A stretch of DNA of 64,000 bases from Octopus vulgaris (Eukaryota). The stretch's first letter is position 1. Every line of letters starts with the position of its first letter. The stretch lies in the NCBI GenBank assembly GCA_951406725.2, contig OX597816.1:178932001-178996000 (forward strand), in the 5' to 3' direction. The notes below the pieces were generated by a model. It was not told the origin of the DNA, made no database searches, and worked only from the letters and a program-made list of their open reading frames with translations. Positions 12,491 to 26,073 of this stretch are shown here, in pieces. The position numbers and the translations under genes were made by a program.

Positions 12491-13969
12491 GGACTCTGCT
12501 GAGTAGCCAGACTTGCCAGTTGCCCTCAGGGCCAGCCTTGATTCATTCTATGTCACGCAGAATCTCCCTCAGAACTACATTAAGGCTGCATGTGTCACTG
12601 GAGTGCTCAGCCACTTGCACTTTAATTTTACAACCAAGATGTTCTGCGGATTGGATTAACTGGAACATTTATTGTTGCAACCAATGGATCACCAATTACT
12701 AGTTACATAAAAAACAAAACAAAAAAACTTCTCAAATCATGAATCAGACTTCACTATCTTGTAAATAAATGCAAGGTTAATTTGAGAGATCATCAATGAT
12801 TTTAAAATTTATAGGGAATTTAAATGGTTCTAGCTGTGGTTTATTAATTAATTATCCAGGTATAGTGTTATAGGTATTCTTTGTTGATGTGTGTGTGTAC
12901 ATACACATTATCATACTTTCACATATGTTTTTTTAGCAAGTACTTACGTAGGACTGCAAGTTCATATACTTCCAAAATGTTAATTGCATGACACTTATGT
13001 CATCTATAATAATGTTTACATAACTCTGTCAACTCATCTTGCTTGAAAATGTAAATGTGTGGTAAGAAGCTTACTTCCCAACCACATGGTTCTGGGTTCA
13101 GTCCTGATGTGTGACAACTTGGGCTGACCAAAGCCTTGTGAGTGGGTTTGGCAGACAGATACTGAAATAAGCCCAATGTGTGTGTGACCAGTGCAGACTG
13201 TAAAAATGTTGGGGAGACCAGTGATTTAAAGGACTGATGATCATTATGGGAACAGAAGAGTAGAAGAAAAGGGGATCACAGACCTTGTTAGTATTATAAG
13301 AACAAAAATTTTGCTGTGTGGAATGAAACTGATGAAAATAGTCAAAGAAGCTCTTGAATGGATTGTTACACCAGAGTAACTTGTTCTTTCAAACTTACAC
13401 TTTTCAGAACAAAACAGATGTAGGCATGGCCATATGGTAAGAAGTTTGCTTCCCAACCACATGGTTCCAGGTTGAATCCCACTACATGGCACCTTGAACA
13501 AGTTCTTCTTGATAACCTTGGGTCAACCAAAGCCTTGTGAGTGGATCTTGTAGACAAAAACTGAAAGAAACTTGTTGTATATCAATGTGTGTATGTCTTT
13601 GTATCTGTTTTTGTCCCCCACCCTCCACTTGACAAATGGTGTTGGTGAGTTTGTGTCCCCATAACTTAGTGGTTCAGCAAAAGGAAGCCAATAAAATAAA
13701 TACTGGTACTTGAAAAAGTAAGTACTGGGATCAATTCATTCAACTAAAAATCCTTCAAGACAGTGTCCCCCCACCCCCACCATGGTCAGAGTCTAAAGAC
13801 TGAAACAAGGAAACGGTAAAAGATTGCAAAAATTATATGAAATTAGAGACAGATTCTTCTTTCCAAATTCCTGTTTCTTTACTTTCTAATTTTCCCAAGA
13901 TCTTGGAAAAGCTTTTTATTAAAAGTATAAATACATTTGTGTAACACAAATTACTGACTGACAATTAAT

Positions 13970-14355
13970 GGGGAAGCACTCCGTCGGTTACGATGACGAG
14001 GGTTCCGGTTAATCCGAATCAACGGAACAGCCTGCTCGTGAAATTAACGTGTAAGTGGCTGAGCACTCCACAGACACGTGTACCCTTAACGTAGTTCTCG
14101 GGGATATTCAGCGTGACACAGAGAGTGACAAGGCCGGCCCTTTGAAATACAGGTACAACAGAAACAGGAAGTAAGAGTGAGAGAAAGTTGTGGTGAAAGA
14201 GTACAGCAGGGATCACCACCATCCCCTGCCGGAGCCTCGTGGAGCTTTAGGTGTTTTCGCTCAATAAACACTCACAACGCCCAGTCTGGGAATCGAAACC
14301 GCGATCCTATGACCGTGAGTCCGCTGCCCTAACCACTGGGCCATTGTGCCTCCAC
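13970..14355 (-). mobile_element. tRNA-derived SINE (family C head, different 3' body) with 12-bp target-site duplication
   Basis: Same head as the 6380 copy. Flanked on both sides by CTGACAATTAAT. A related 3' body lies at ~12520-12700. Confidence 0.88.
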
Positions 14356-14787
14356 CTGACAATTAATATGAATTCAGAACAAACAAATCAAGTTCTTTGG
14401 TGCTAATTGAATTAACTAAGGAAAACTCCGGTAGTGTTTATAGATATGAAATACGTATGCAGCAGAAGTACTTCTTGATTTTGAAAAATACTTTTCATAC
14501 CATTGACCACAATATATTACTTGATAAATTTAAAAGGTATAGAATCAAAGGGCTGGGCTTAAATGTTTAAGAAGCTAAATTTTTAAGAGACAGGGAACTA
14601 TTTATTTGTAAGTCAACATGAATGGATATTAGTGGCTGTGTGGTAAGTAGCTTGCTAACCAACCACATGGTTCCGGGTTCTGTCCCACTGCGTGGCATCT
14701 TGAGCAAGTGTCTTCTGCTATAGCCCCGGGCCGACCAATGCTTTGTGAGTGGATTTGGTAGACGGAAACTGAAAGAAGCCCGTCGTA

Positions 14788-14842
<55 letters not shown>

Positions 14843-15074
14843 TTGTCCCCCTAGCATTGCTTGACAACCGATGCCGGTGTGTTTATGTCCCCGTCATTTA
14901 GCGGTTCGGCAAAAGAGACCGATAGAATAAGTACTGGGCTTACAAAGAATAAGTCCCGGGGTCGATTTGCTCGACTAAAGGCGGTGCTCCAGCATGGCCG
15001 CAGTCAAAATGACTGAAACAAGTAAAAGAGTAAAGAGTACCTCAGGGGTCACCGCTGCCGCCACCACCACCACC

Positions 15075-15105
<31 letters not shown>

Positions 15106-16004
15106 AACATTTGTTTCCCATACTGGCATGGATTGGACAGGTTGACAGGATTTGGGAGGACAGACAAGTTCTGCTGTCTGTTTTAACATGGTTTCTACAG
15201 CATCTTACATAGTATACTGGGTGCTTTTTACATGGCACTGACAGCAGTGAGGTCACCACATAACATACAAGACAAAATCCATCAACTGAGTGGAGGAAGT
15301 AGTATTGAGGGACAGAAAAAAGATGTCTTACAGTAGAGGAGAGGAGAGAGAGATGAGACAGTGAAAATGTGAGGGAGCATACAGCCAAGTAACAGGATGG
15401 TGTACATAGTGAAGTGAACCAAGGGGAATATCATCATCATCATCATCATCATCGTTTAGCGTCCGCTTTCCATGCTAGCATGGGTTAGACGGTGCAACTG
15501 GGGTCTGGGAAGCCAGAAGGCTGCACCAGGCCCAGTCTGATCTGGCAATGTTTCTATGGCTGGATGCCCTTCCTAACGCCAACCACTCCATGAGTGTAGT
15601 GGGTGCTTTTTACGTGCAACCTGCACAGGTGCCAGGGGGGTCCGGTATCGGCCACGATCGGTTGGAGCTTTTAACGGCACGGAACCCAGCCAAATCGGCG
15701 CTGGCAACGGCCACGTTCGGATGGTGCTTTTTATGTGCCACCGGCACAGGTATCACAGCTAATATATGAAACTAAATTTCTGGATGTGATATGAAAGCAC
15801 AAAATCTGCTGAAAAACTCATAGAAAATATGTGTATGAACTAAGATGACAAGATGCTTTGCAGTTCTAGGAATATGACGCCCACCTTGGATCTTAATACA
15901 TTATTCACTTTATCAAGTTCAATTGTCTCTAAATTATTATGTGGTTATGTGGGTAACATCTACATAAGCACCTTTCAATTACAAGGAAGGTTAACAATAT
16001 ATTA

Positions 16005-16183
16005 CACCATATTTTAATGTATATAAGAAACCCCCATGTATAAGGAACCCTTAATTTTAGGTGTTTCAAATTTGGGAAAAAGGTTTTCTAAGGGATTATA
16101 ATACTATCCATGTATAAGAAACTCCCATATTTTTTTTACTTAATTTTTGACAAAATTGGGTTCTTTATACATGCTAAAATATG

Positions 16184-16186
<3 letters not shown>
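16005..16186. mobile_element. Small Tc1/pogo-type MITE
   Basis: Imperfect terminal inverted repeats CACCATATTTTAATGTATATAAGAAACCC / GGGTTCTTTATACATGCTAAAATATGGTG. Confidence 0.6.
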
Positions 16187-16223
<37 letters not shown>

Positions 16224-16623
16224 CTAGCAGTATCGCCCGGCGTTGCTCAGGTTTGTAAGGGAAATAACTATATAAGCATTTTTAGAGAGTTATAGCCAAA
16301 AAATAGCAAAAAAATGCAAAAAATGGAAAAAAAATGATGCTAAATTTTTTTTTTAAATCGTTGACTCAACGTAGACATTTTTAGAGAGTTACTCCCCTTA
16401 TATAATAGCGAAACAATGCATTAAAATGGAAAAAAATGATGGTAAATTTTTTTTAAAATTGTAGACTCATCATAGACGCGCACTAATACCCAGAAGGGCT
16501 CGATATGAATCACGACTATAAGATACCTGGTTTTGGTTAAACTGCACCGCAAAATGTGGGAGTAGTTAGGAATCTAAATCGTAGGAGATAGACAGCACAC
16601 AACCTTTCTTTTATATATAAAGA
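16224..16623 (-). mobile_element. Non-autonomous Helitron
   Basis: 5' TC and 3' CTAG ends, subterminal GC hairpin region (..GCAACGCCGGGCGATACTGCTAG), inserted between A and T. Confidence 0.8.
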
Positions 16624-16671
16624 TTTTATCACCTACGATGGGCTGTATAAGGCAGGCAGCCTTATATAAAG

Positions 16672-16707
<36 letters not shown>

Positions 16708-16877
16708 TTAAATTTAAATTTAATTGTAATTCGAATTTAGATTATAGCCATGAAACGTATGTAGTCTTTTTACTTATTATATATTGTTTATTCATTTTTG
16801 TACATTTTTGTACTTATTTTTTCTTTATGATTTGGTTTATGTCCATCATTGTTTGAATTGCATAATAGTGGTTTTTC

Positions 16878-16931
<54 letters not shown>

Positions 16932-16983
16932 AATATATAAATTGGAGAAAAACCACTATTATGCAATTCAAACAATGATAGAC

Positions 16984-17032
<49 letters not shown>

Positions 17033-18151
17033 ATTCGGCCATTGAGGTCTGACCACAATGGTCGAAGACTAGCCACACACTTGAAACTCAGAGTACCAAG
17101 GAGTCTGAATCAAACTGCTTTGATCTATACATATGTACAAAATACGTGTTGAGTGCCCTTCTTTTGTTTGTCTACTCACCCATCCATCCATATATATATA
17201 TATGTGTGTACTCTGTCAGTTATGGCAATGAGGGCTCCTGTCGATCTGTGAAATAAAGTGTCTTCCTCAAGAACACAACATGCCACCTGGAATCGAACTC
17301 ATGACCTTACGATCATGGTATTTGTGAGCCGAACACCCTAACCACTAAGCTACGCTCCTTTATGATTAACAATATAGAATATTGGTTACAAATTTTGGCA
17401 CAGGACAGCAAGTTTGGGGAAGTGAATAAGTCAATTACATCAACCCCAGTGTGCAACTGGTACTTATTTTATTGACTCCAAAAGAGTGAAAGACAAAGTC
17501 AACCTTTTCGAAAATTGAACTCAGAACGTAAAGGTGAACAAGATATTGCTAAGCAGTTTTCCTGGCATGCTAACAACTCTGCAAGATCACCACCTTAAAC
17601 AATATAGAATATCAAAAACAAGCTAACAAGCAATTTTTTAAGTTATATATAATAAAGTTCAAGGGTCTTGTAGAATTTAGCACAGAAGAAATAATGTTTA
17701 AAGCAAGAAATTATTCACTACCAGGTAATATGCAAAAGTCTTTTTTGTCAAGGAAGGTGTGTTATGATTTAAGAAGAAAGTTTAATCTAAAACAGGGGTT
17801 TTCAAACTTTTATAGTTCAGCACTTTCTTTCACAGAATGATGTTTTACTAACAACTTCCCTATCATGCAGAAGGAAAAATTTAAGTATATTCTAATAAAA
17901 CAGAGTGTCAAGACTATTGAAAAGGTTGCAAGGCGCAACAAAAATTTTAGGAAAATAAAAAAAAGAAATAAGTGGAAATTTTACCGGTGTGTGTGTTAAA
18001 TTAAAGGCACAAAAAGAAAATTACTCTCCTCAGACACAACAGAATATACTTCAACACACAAACTCACATAAAGAATCTTGCAAACCAAATCCAAAAGCGA
18101 AAAAATAGAACAGAAACTAAATTTGTTTTGCACAGTGATTTATTATCAATA

Positions 18152-18665
18152 TCTATATATATAAAACTGTAGTTGTGTGAGTGTCTGTCCCCTTCGATTT
18201 AGATTCCTAACTACTCCCACATTTTGCGGTGCAGTTTAACCAAATTCGGGTATCTTATAGTCGGGATTCATATCGAGCCCGTCTGGCTATTAGCGCGCGT
18301 CTACGATGAGTCTACGATTTTAAAAATAATTTAACATCATTTTTTTATTCCATTTTAATGTATAATTTTTCGTGTGTCGATGGCGGCGAAGTTGGCGTCC
18401 ATGGTCACACCTGCACCTGTTTGCTTCTCCCCCTTCTTCCCTCCCTCGTGAAGCTGTGGGGAAGGGAGTGTAAGGAAATCAACGTCGTAAAGCGTTGTCA
18501 AGGAGGCCAGCGTTCTTTTAGAACAACGACTTCATGGCTTGAAGACACCAAAACAGAAATGGCTAAGAAAGCCCGAATTGACATCTATAAGGGAAGTAAC
18601 TCTCTAAAAATGCTTATATAGTTATTTCCCTTACAAACCCGAGCAACGCTGGGCGATACTGCTAG
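18152..18665 (+). mobile_element. Non-autonomous Helitron (variant internal segment)
   Basis: A|TCTATATATATAAAA...CCCGAGCAACGCTGGGCGATACTGCTAG|T. Segment ~18365-18590 is absent from sibling copies. Confidence 0.82.
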
Positions 18666-20944
18666 TCTATATTATAAAAGAGAATCTGATCTCTGTCTGT
18701 AACAACATCTGTTTAGAGAGAAGGTAGAAGGAAAGGAGAAAAAGTTCCTGAGAGAAAGAGAATGAATAATAGATAAATAAGTAGTGTTGTCACCTTAGTT
18801 ACTATCAAGTTTTGATTAACAGCTTGAGAATTTGAAGTACAAGTCTGTCACACAACGCAATTCAGACTTCAAAACAGACTATATGTATATGTGCCAGTGG
18901 AATGTAAAAAGCACCGTTCCAACATTGGGCCTCACGGAAGGAGTGATGAGGAACTAAGGCCTTTGAGAAGACCTGTCAAGCCAAGTGAGATCATAGCTGT
19001 GGCTAATGCTGGTGTGGCATAACTGGCACTTGTGCTAGTGGCACATAAAAGGCTCCCACTACGCTCCTGGAGTGATTAGCATTAGGAGGACAATCCAGCC
19101 ATAAGTACCATGCCAAATCAGAGTGGAACCTAATGAAGCTCCCCAGCTTACCAGTTTCCAGTCAGACCATCCAGCCATGCCAGCTTGAAAAACAGATGTT
19201 AAATGATGATGATGATATAGTTTTTATTTTTGGCTGTCTGTGTGTCTGTATGTCTTTCAACATATAGAAAATGCAACACAGATTTTTAAAAAAGACTTTC
19301 ACTTTGATTGATTTATGAAGGTATGCACAGGTGTAGCGCTGTGCTAAGACGCTTGAGTCACAACCACATGGTTTCAGGTTCAGTCTCACTGCACAGCACC
19401 TTGAGCGAGTGTCTTCTACTATAGCTTTGGGGCAACCAAAGTCTTGTGAGTGGATTTGGTAGGTGGAAACAGAAAGAATCTTGTGTGTGTGTGTCTGTGT
19501 TTGTGTTTGTCCCCACTTGACAACCAGTGTTGGTGTGTTTACATCCCTGTAACTTAGTGGCACATCAAAAAAGACCGATAGAATAAATACCAGGCTTAAA
19601 AAAGATAAGATAAGTAATGGGACTGGTTCATTTGGCTAAAAAAATTCTTCAAAGCAGTGCCACAGCATGGTCGCAGTCTAATGACTGAAACAAGTAAAGG
19701 AAAAATGATGAACATATATTTTTACCAGCAGCGTAACAACAGGTGCCAACCTAATATTTTCTTATACTATATCATTCAGCAAATAGTTCTTTTTAGATAT
19801 TTCTGAAGATTAGGAGTGGCTGTGTGGCAAGTAGCTTGCTTACCGACCACATGGTTCCGGGTTCAGTCCCACTGCATGGCATCTTGGGCAAGTATCTTCT
19901 ACTATAGCCTCGGGCCGACCAAAGCCTTGTGAGTGGATTTGGTAGACAGAAACTGAAAGAAGCCCGTCATATATATGTATATATATGTGTGTGTGTGTGT
20001 ATGTTTGTGTGTCTGTGTTTGTCCCCCTAGCATTGCTTGACAACTGATGCTGGTGTGTTTACATCGCGGTCACTTAGCAGCTCGGCAAAAGAGACCGATA
20101 GAATAAGTACTGGGCTTACAAAGAATAAGTCCTGGGGTCGATTTGCTTGACTAAAGGCGGTGCTCCAGCATGGCCGCAGTCAAATGACTGAAACAAGTAA
20201 AAGAGAAAAGAGTATTAGTGTTCCCTGTGTTATAATCCACATATACACTTACACAATAGCAATTTACTTTAACTCTCTAAAAACGGTCACCTGCATGACA
20301 AAAAAGCCCAGTTAAACATTTTTAGCCATTATTAATGGAATATATTACATCTTTTACTTTTATAAATATAACTGATAATTACAACTTACTCAACACTAAA
20401 TTAGTTGATTTCACTGTCATTTATCTTACCAAGCAGGAACATACAGAAGGCTATATCCTAATTACTCATATACCCACACAAACATAACAAGATGGCTTCC
20501 TAGTTTATTGAAGTATCTCAGATTTTGTCAAAATATTTACTTTAAATTTTGATAAAATCTACTCATCTCACTGTTTTATCTCTTTGTTTATTTCTCTGAA
20601 GCTTTCCTTAGAAGTTTTTCTTTAATTGTAAATACACCCAACATTTTGTATAGCTGACATACAATACTTGAAACAAATTTTTATCTCTAATTCACTTTAT
20701 CTATGTGTATCTTCATACATGCATAATCACACACACACTGGCATGTATTGGTATTTATACAAAATGAGAACATTTCAGATATTGTTTAGAAGGACCTAAA
20801 GAGCAGCTTTCAATCTTTTGATCAATAGCACATCAACAGAATGTTTCCGCTCCTTTGTAATACAAGAAATTTCTGCAAATTTCAAAAATTACACTAGTTG
20901 TTATCTTGGGCAAGTATCTTTTACAACAGTCTCAGCCTGACCAA

Positions 20945-21325
20945 TGCTTTTCCAGAAATAAAGAGGAGTGCTGTTATCATGGCTATAAATGCTGAGCATA
21001 GCAATTTAGAAACATCTCAATTTTTGAAAGTCAGTAGGTTTTTTGTCTCCAAAGTTTGTAAGGAGCTAGGGACCAAAGATGAAAAAGTAACGTGAGTATC
21101 AAAGTGTAAAAAGCATCCTAAATGCTCTAAAACCATCAGAACACCTGAATTTATCCAGCAAGTTCAATCGACCATTGATTACAATCTCAGAAAATCCATG
21201 AGGCCAATTGCAAAAGATCTCTACGTGTCAGAAGGAACAATCAGACATATTTTCCTTGAAGACATCAGATATGTCATATGTGATGAGGAAAGGTCCATTT
21301 ATGTCAGAAAAGGCAAAAAAAATAT
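20945..21325 (+). mobile_element. Tc1/mariner-superfamily transposase N-terminal remnant
   Basis: EIKRSAVIMAINAEHSNLETSQFLKVSRFFVSKV...IRTPEFIQQVQSTID..RKSMRPIAKDLYVSEGTIRHI resembles a paired/HTH DNA-binding region. Confidence 0.65.
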
Positions 21326-21573
21326 TGCTACATCAGATGGGAGGTTTTAATATAGATCACTTTAAAACAAGATTTATCATAGCACAATGGGAGGTCTCAG
21401 ACAAGTTGGTAGCAAAAAGGTTAAAAAGGTTATAAACAATGCCTTCCTCAGTAACAAGATTGGATTGTGGTTGGTTCATCTCTTATCTAGGACTTAATAT
21501 GTTTCTATACTAGGTAATAATACAACTACACAAACATATGAAGTTGTTTCTGAAAGATATATCCAGTGTTCTC

Positions 21574-21636
<63 letters not shown>

Positions 21637-21637
<1 letters not shown>

Positions 21638-22008
21638 TAGCAATATCGCCCGGCGTTGCTCGAGTTTGTTTCGACCCTTTAGAATTGGAATTTTTGAAAA
21701 GTAAAAGTTTTTCATTATGTAGCTTGTTGTTCTCTTTAAGTGAACATTTTTTTGGTTGAAATACACCAAAAAATGGCGACACAGCAGTAAAAAAATCGTA
21801 AAAAATAGGGATTTTTATAGAAAAAAAGCACCCTTTTGATGTAAATAATTTTTGATGTTAACATGGTTCAATTTGAATTTTTTTTTCTATGGAAGGAAGA
21901 ACAAGCCTTCTATCATACTCTCGATTTTGGCCAACTTGTGCCGCAGAGTCTCGGAGGAGATAGTGTTAGTTGAAGGCTACCAAACCTGCCATACACAGAC
22001 AACGTCAG

Positions 22009-22020
<12 letters not shown>
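21637..22020 (-). mobile_element. Non-autonomous Helitron (shares only the 3' end with the other copies)
   Basis: CTAGCAATATCGCCCGGCGTTGCTCGAGTTTG terminus with a different internal body. Confidence 0.65.
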
Positions 22021-22043
<23 letters not shown>

Positions 22044-22319
22044 CACACACACACACACATACACACACACATGCATATATATATATATATATACACACAC
22101 ACATGTTTGTATAAATATATATATGGGCAAAATGCCAAATGGCATTTTACGTTCTGAGTTCAAATTCCATCTAGGATGACTTTACCTTTCATCATTTTAG
22201 GGTTGTTAAAATATGCACTGGTGTTGATGTGAGCAATTTACTCGAAATTGCTGGCCTTGGGCCAAAATCTGAAATGACTATATGTGTGTGTGTATGTGTG
22301 TGTCTGTGGTGGGGTGTAC

Positions 22320-22320
<1 letters not shown>

Positions 22321-22384
<64 letters not shown>
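22321..22384. repeat. (ATCT)n microsatellite
   Basis: Direct reading. A second array lies at ~34975-35047. Confidence 0.95.
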
Positions 22385-22386
<2 letters not shown>

Positions 22387-23075
22387 ATACTAAAACTCAA
22401 AGTTAGTTTGTTTTTCTGCCCTTTGATTAAGATGATAAAGATTACAAATAAAATAGTCATTTACCCCTTTAAAAAAATGTCAAATTGAAAATGTCGATTT
22501 GCAGTGGCAACACTTCAAAGAGTTGTTGCAGCTACTGCCATCTGTCCCTTTTTCTTACTTTTTTTTCTTCCCTTAATCTTTTATACACCCTCAAGAGTGC
22601 CTAGAAATTTCCCTTATATTTTTATGAGATATTTTTTTTATAAGAATTCATAAAAATATTTTTCCCTGATGGCACAACATTGATGAGCAGTGACATATTG
22701 TTGCCGAAAGAACACTACTGCTTAGTGAAGAGCAACAGGTCATTTATAATCATGTTGGACATTTGAATATGAATTCCTCATCACTCATTTTCATTAAGGC
22801 CCCAGGAGGAACCGGAATAACTTCCCTCACAAATACCTAGTTAGCTTATGTCAGAGGTAATGGTCAAATAACTCTTTCTGTTCTTTCGTCAGGAATAGCA
22901 GCTATGTTGATACTGGACAGATGGACAGACAACTCATTCCAAATTCAAGAAACCAGTCTCAATTCAAGAAAAATCAGTCTGTGACATTGATAAGAGATCC
23001 AACTGAGCGTATGACATCAGAGAATCAAAATTTATCGTTTGGTATGAAATATCAACGATGAGAAGAGAGTGATTT
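22383..23075 (+). mobile_element. Helitron remnant with PIF1-type helicase fragment
   Basis: TC-start (TCTTATACTAAAA). Translation from ~22680 gives LSEEQQVIYN..LIFIKAPGGTGITSL (degenerate Walker A), SSGIAAML, GQTTHSKFKKP and IRESKFIVWYEISTM (degenerate Walker B). Confidence 0.8.
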
Positions 23076-23279
23076 GGTTGACTGAACACTAAGAGATACA
23101 AAGTCTGACCAATAAGTATCCAGACTGCTGCTATAGTAATGAAGCTAAAGCATTCAGAGTGAAGCCAGTTGGATACAGATTGACCTTGAACTCCGTGCAC
23201 TAAGCTCCTCTCTTTACGGCAGAGCTTGGAAGGAAGGTGTGAGTAATGAGTGATAATCACATTGATCATGACAGAGAAA

Positions 23280-24596
23280 GCTCATTATCATTTAGGAAAC
23301 CCCAGAGCCTTTAAGTTACATAAGATTTTGAAAGAAAAACTGCAGGTTATGTGAAGGGCAAATCCAAGGTCATAAGTTGCCAGGCAGTTATTTGTGGGTC
23401 AATTTGGTCTTTGGTCCCGACATTAAGAAATATCTCCAGGAAAATAACCTACTCCTGCAAGCCCTTCTCATCCTGGAAAATGCACCTGCTCACCCACCTA
23501 ACCTCAAAGATGACATCCTCGAAGAGTTCAAGTTTATAAAGGTTCTCTACCTTCCACCCAACACCACCCCTGTCCTGAAACCCATGGACCAGCAGAAGAT
23601 TTCTAATTTTAAGAAGCTCTTCACCAAGCACCTGTTCTGCCACTGCTTTGGGGTGATGGAAAACACAAACCTCACTTTTCAAGAGTTCTGGAAGGAACAC
23701 TATAACATCGTGGTATGCCTCAGAATTATTGATATGACCTGGCAGGGTGTTACAAAGAGGACCTTCACCTCTGCATGGATGAAGCTGTCGCCTAAAGTTG
23801 TGTCTGAAATGGACTTTGAAAGACTCGAACCTGAAGCAGAAGTGGTGGAGGAGGAGATTGTATCGCTCAGCATGTGCATGGGCCTGGATGAGGATGAAGA
23901 TGGCATCAATGAGCTCATCGAGGAGCACTCTGAAGAATTGTCAGTGGAAGAGCTAAAGAAGCTACAGATGCAGCAGTATACAGAGATTTTGCAGGAAATA
24001 GGCGACAAGGGTGGGGGGATGGAGGAGGTTATCTCTACCAGTGCAATAAAGGAAATGTTGGGAGAAACTTTCAGACTTTATTCAAAAGAAACATCCAGAA
24101 AAAGTTGCAAGTGGGCCTGTGATGGCACAAACTCATTTCAGAAACACTTTGAAAGTAAGGATGAAACAGACCTTATTGAACAGGTTGTTATCGAAAACTC
24201 CTGCTGATGAAAGTGAGGAAAGCGTGGTGAAAAGGGCCAAAATCCGTAGATAAGATTCAGCTGTTCATTTCAGTCTTTCCCCTCCACCTTCTGTTAGCAT
24301 CCTCCAGTCGTCTGATCTCGAAGGTAAATGCTGTAAATTACACTCAATAAAATCAGTTTATTGCACTACATTCTATTGTATTGTCTTTTATACAATAGTC
24401 ATAATTTAAAAGTATATTTTTCCTTTTTAAAAACACATAAGAAAATAAACTGTGGTGTTTGGGGGGTGGGGGGTGCAGGACAGATTATTAGCATTTCAGG
24501 TGATTTCAATGGGGTCATTTAATTTGACATTCAATCAATTTGAGTTACAAGCTCCATCATGGAACAAATTAAACTTGTAAGTGAAGGAACCACTGT
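23280..24596 (+). mobile_element. 5'-truncated Tigger/pogo transposon (DDE_1 transposase pseudogene)
   Basis: ORF 23377-24207 has ALLILENAPAHP and LYLPPNTTPVLKPMDQ motifs. The 3' terminal inverted repeat ends ...GAAGGAACCACTG|TA. Confidence 0.88.
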
Positions 24597-24618
24597 ATAT
24601 ACATATATATGTATGTAC

Positions 24619-24661
<43 letters not shown>

Positions 24662-24700
24662 TACACACACATATATATATATATATATTCATATATATAC

Positions 24701-24764
<64 letters not shown>

Positions 24765-24981
24765 ATAGTAAATAGGGTAATAAAATAAATTATTATTACC
24801 AGTGATCAAGCACAAAAGACAAATTAGTCATTAGACTATATGTTATTCATATATAAGTACATTAAAAGGCCCCTAAATAAAGAAGCAAGTACTAGATACA
24901 CAAAAACGGGACAAATTCATGAATTTTTCCCCTTTCTGTGTATCTAGTACTTGCTTCTTTATTTAGGGGCCTTTTAATGTA

Positions 24982-25025
<44 letters not shown>

Positions 25026-25058
25026 CATAATATATATATATGTATATATATATTCATA

Positions 25059-25153
<95 letters not shown>

Positions 25154-25557
25154 ATATTTCGGAATGGTCATATTGCCAGTTTAGCCAATAAAAACACACG
25201 CACTATATATTTGGTGTTATTTTGCTTCAGTGTTATTTATTTTTTACATTAATCTTAATCTTATTTCGGCCAGAGTTCTTTCGTCACACTCCTGTGACCG
25301 CATCAGTGGTCCTTTGTTTTCTTCTTTCTTATTTTTTATTGGCTAAACTGGCAATATGACCATTCCGAAATATAACAATATCTGTTTCAACACACGACTT
25401 CACATAAAAAATCTTGCACAACAAATATTTAAACGTATATATATATATATATATATATTAGTAAAAACGGTAAGGTAACAAAAGAAAGAAAGAGACCTCA
25501 ATATTATGTAAATAGAGGAAATTTATCTGTAAATGTAATAATGACAATTATTCAATA

Positions 25558-25627
25558 GCCAAGATAACACTCTGAGTTTCAGATACCGAGGTGGAAATTC
25601 ATGCCACCATCTCTTCAGTTATCCGGC
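25558..25627 (-). ncRNA. Type I hammerhead ribozyme-like motif (family 2), cleavage triplet mutated
   Basis: - strand: GATAA CTGAAGA GATGGTGG..CCAC..TATCT GAAA CTC A GAG TG TTATC. Position 17 is G. Confidence 0.55.
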
Positions 25628-25847
25628 CATTGGAAAAACGCTATGAAAAATGACCGTTATACAAAGGGAAATTACTGTGTAATTGACTGTTATTAAGACA
25701 AAAGAGCTATTCGAATGACCGCTATGAACTTTTTACCCCCTTACTTTAATTAGCGGTCATTCGAATAGCTCTTTTGTCTTGATAACGGTCAATTACACAG
25801 TAATTTCCCTTTGTATAATGGTCATTTTTCATAGCGTTTTTCCGATG

Positions 25848-25918
25848 GCCGGATAACTGAAGAGATGTTGGCATGGATTTCCACCTCGGTGACGAAACTC
25901 GGAGTTTTATATCTTGGC
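25848..25918 (+). ncRNA. Type I hammerhead ribozyme-like motif (family 2)
   Basis: GGATAA CTGAAGA(25857-63) ... C GAAA(25894-97) CTC G GAG TT TTAT. Stems I and III are present; stem II is imperfect. Confidence 0.6.
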
Positions 25919-26036
25919 TACCGAATAATTGTCACATATTACATTTACATATATATATATATAAATATGTATACATACATATATATGTATACATACATAC
26001 ATATATATATATATACACACATATATGTATATATTC

Positions 26037-26073
<37 letters not shown>

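Larger units (their letters stand above)
13840..17790 (+). mobile_element. Ancient CR1/L2-type LINE RT fragments interrupted by younger insertions
   Basis: Ordered fragments: PVSLLSNFPKILEKLF (~13870), LKNTFHTIDHNILLDKFKRYRIKG (~14480), VPQGS (~15037) and KFKGLVEFSTEEIMFKARNYSLPG (~17655). Confidence 0.7.
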
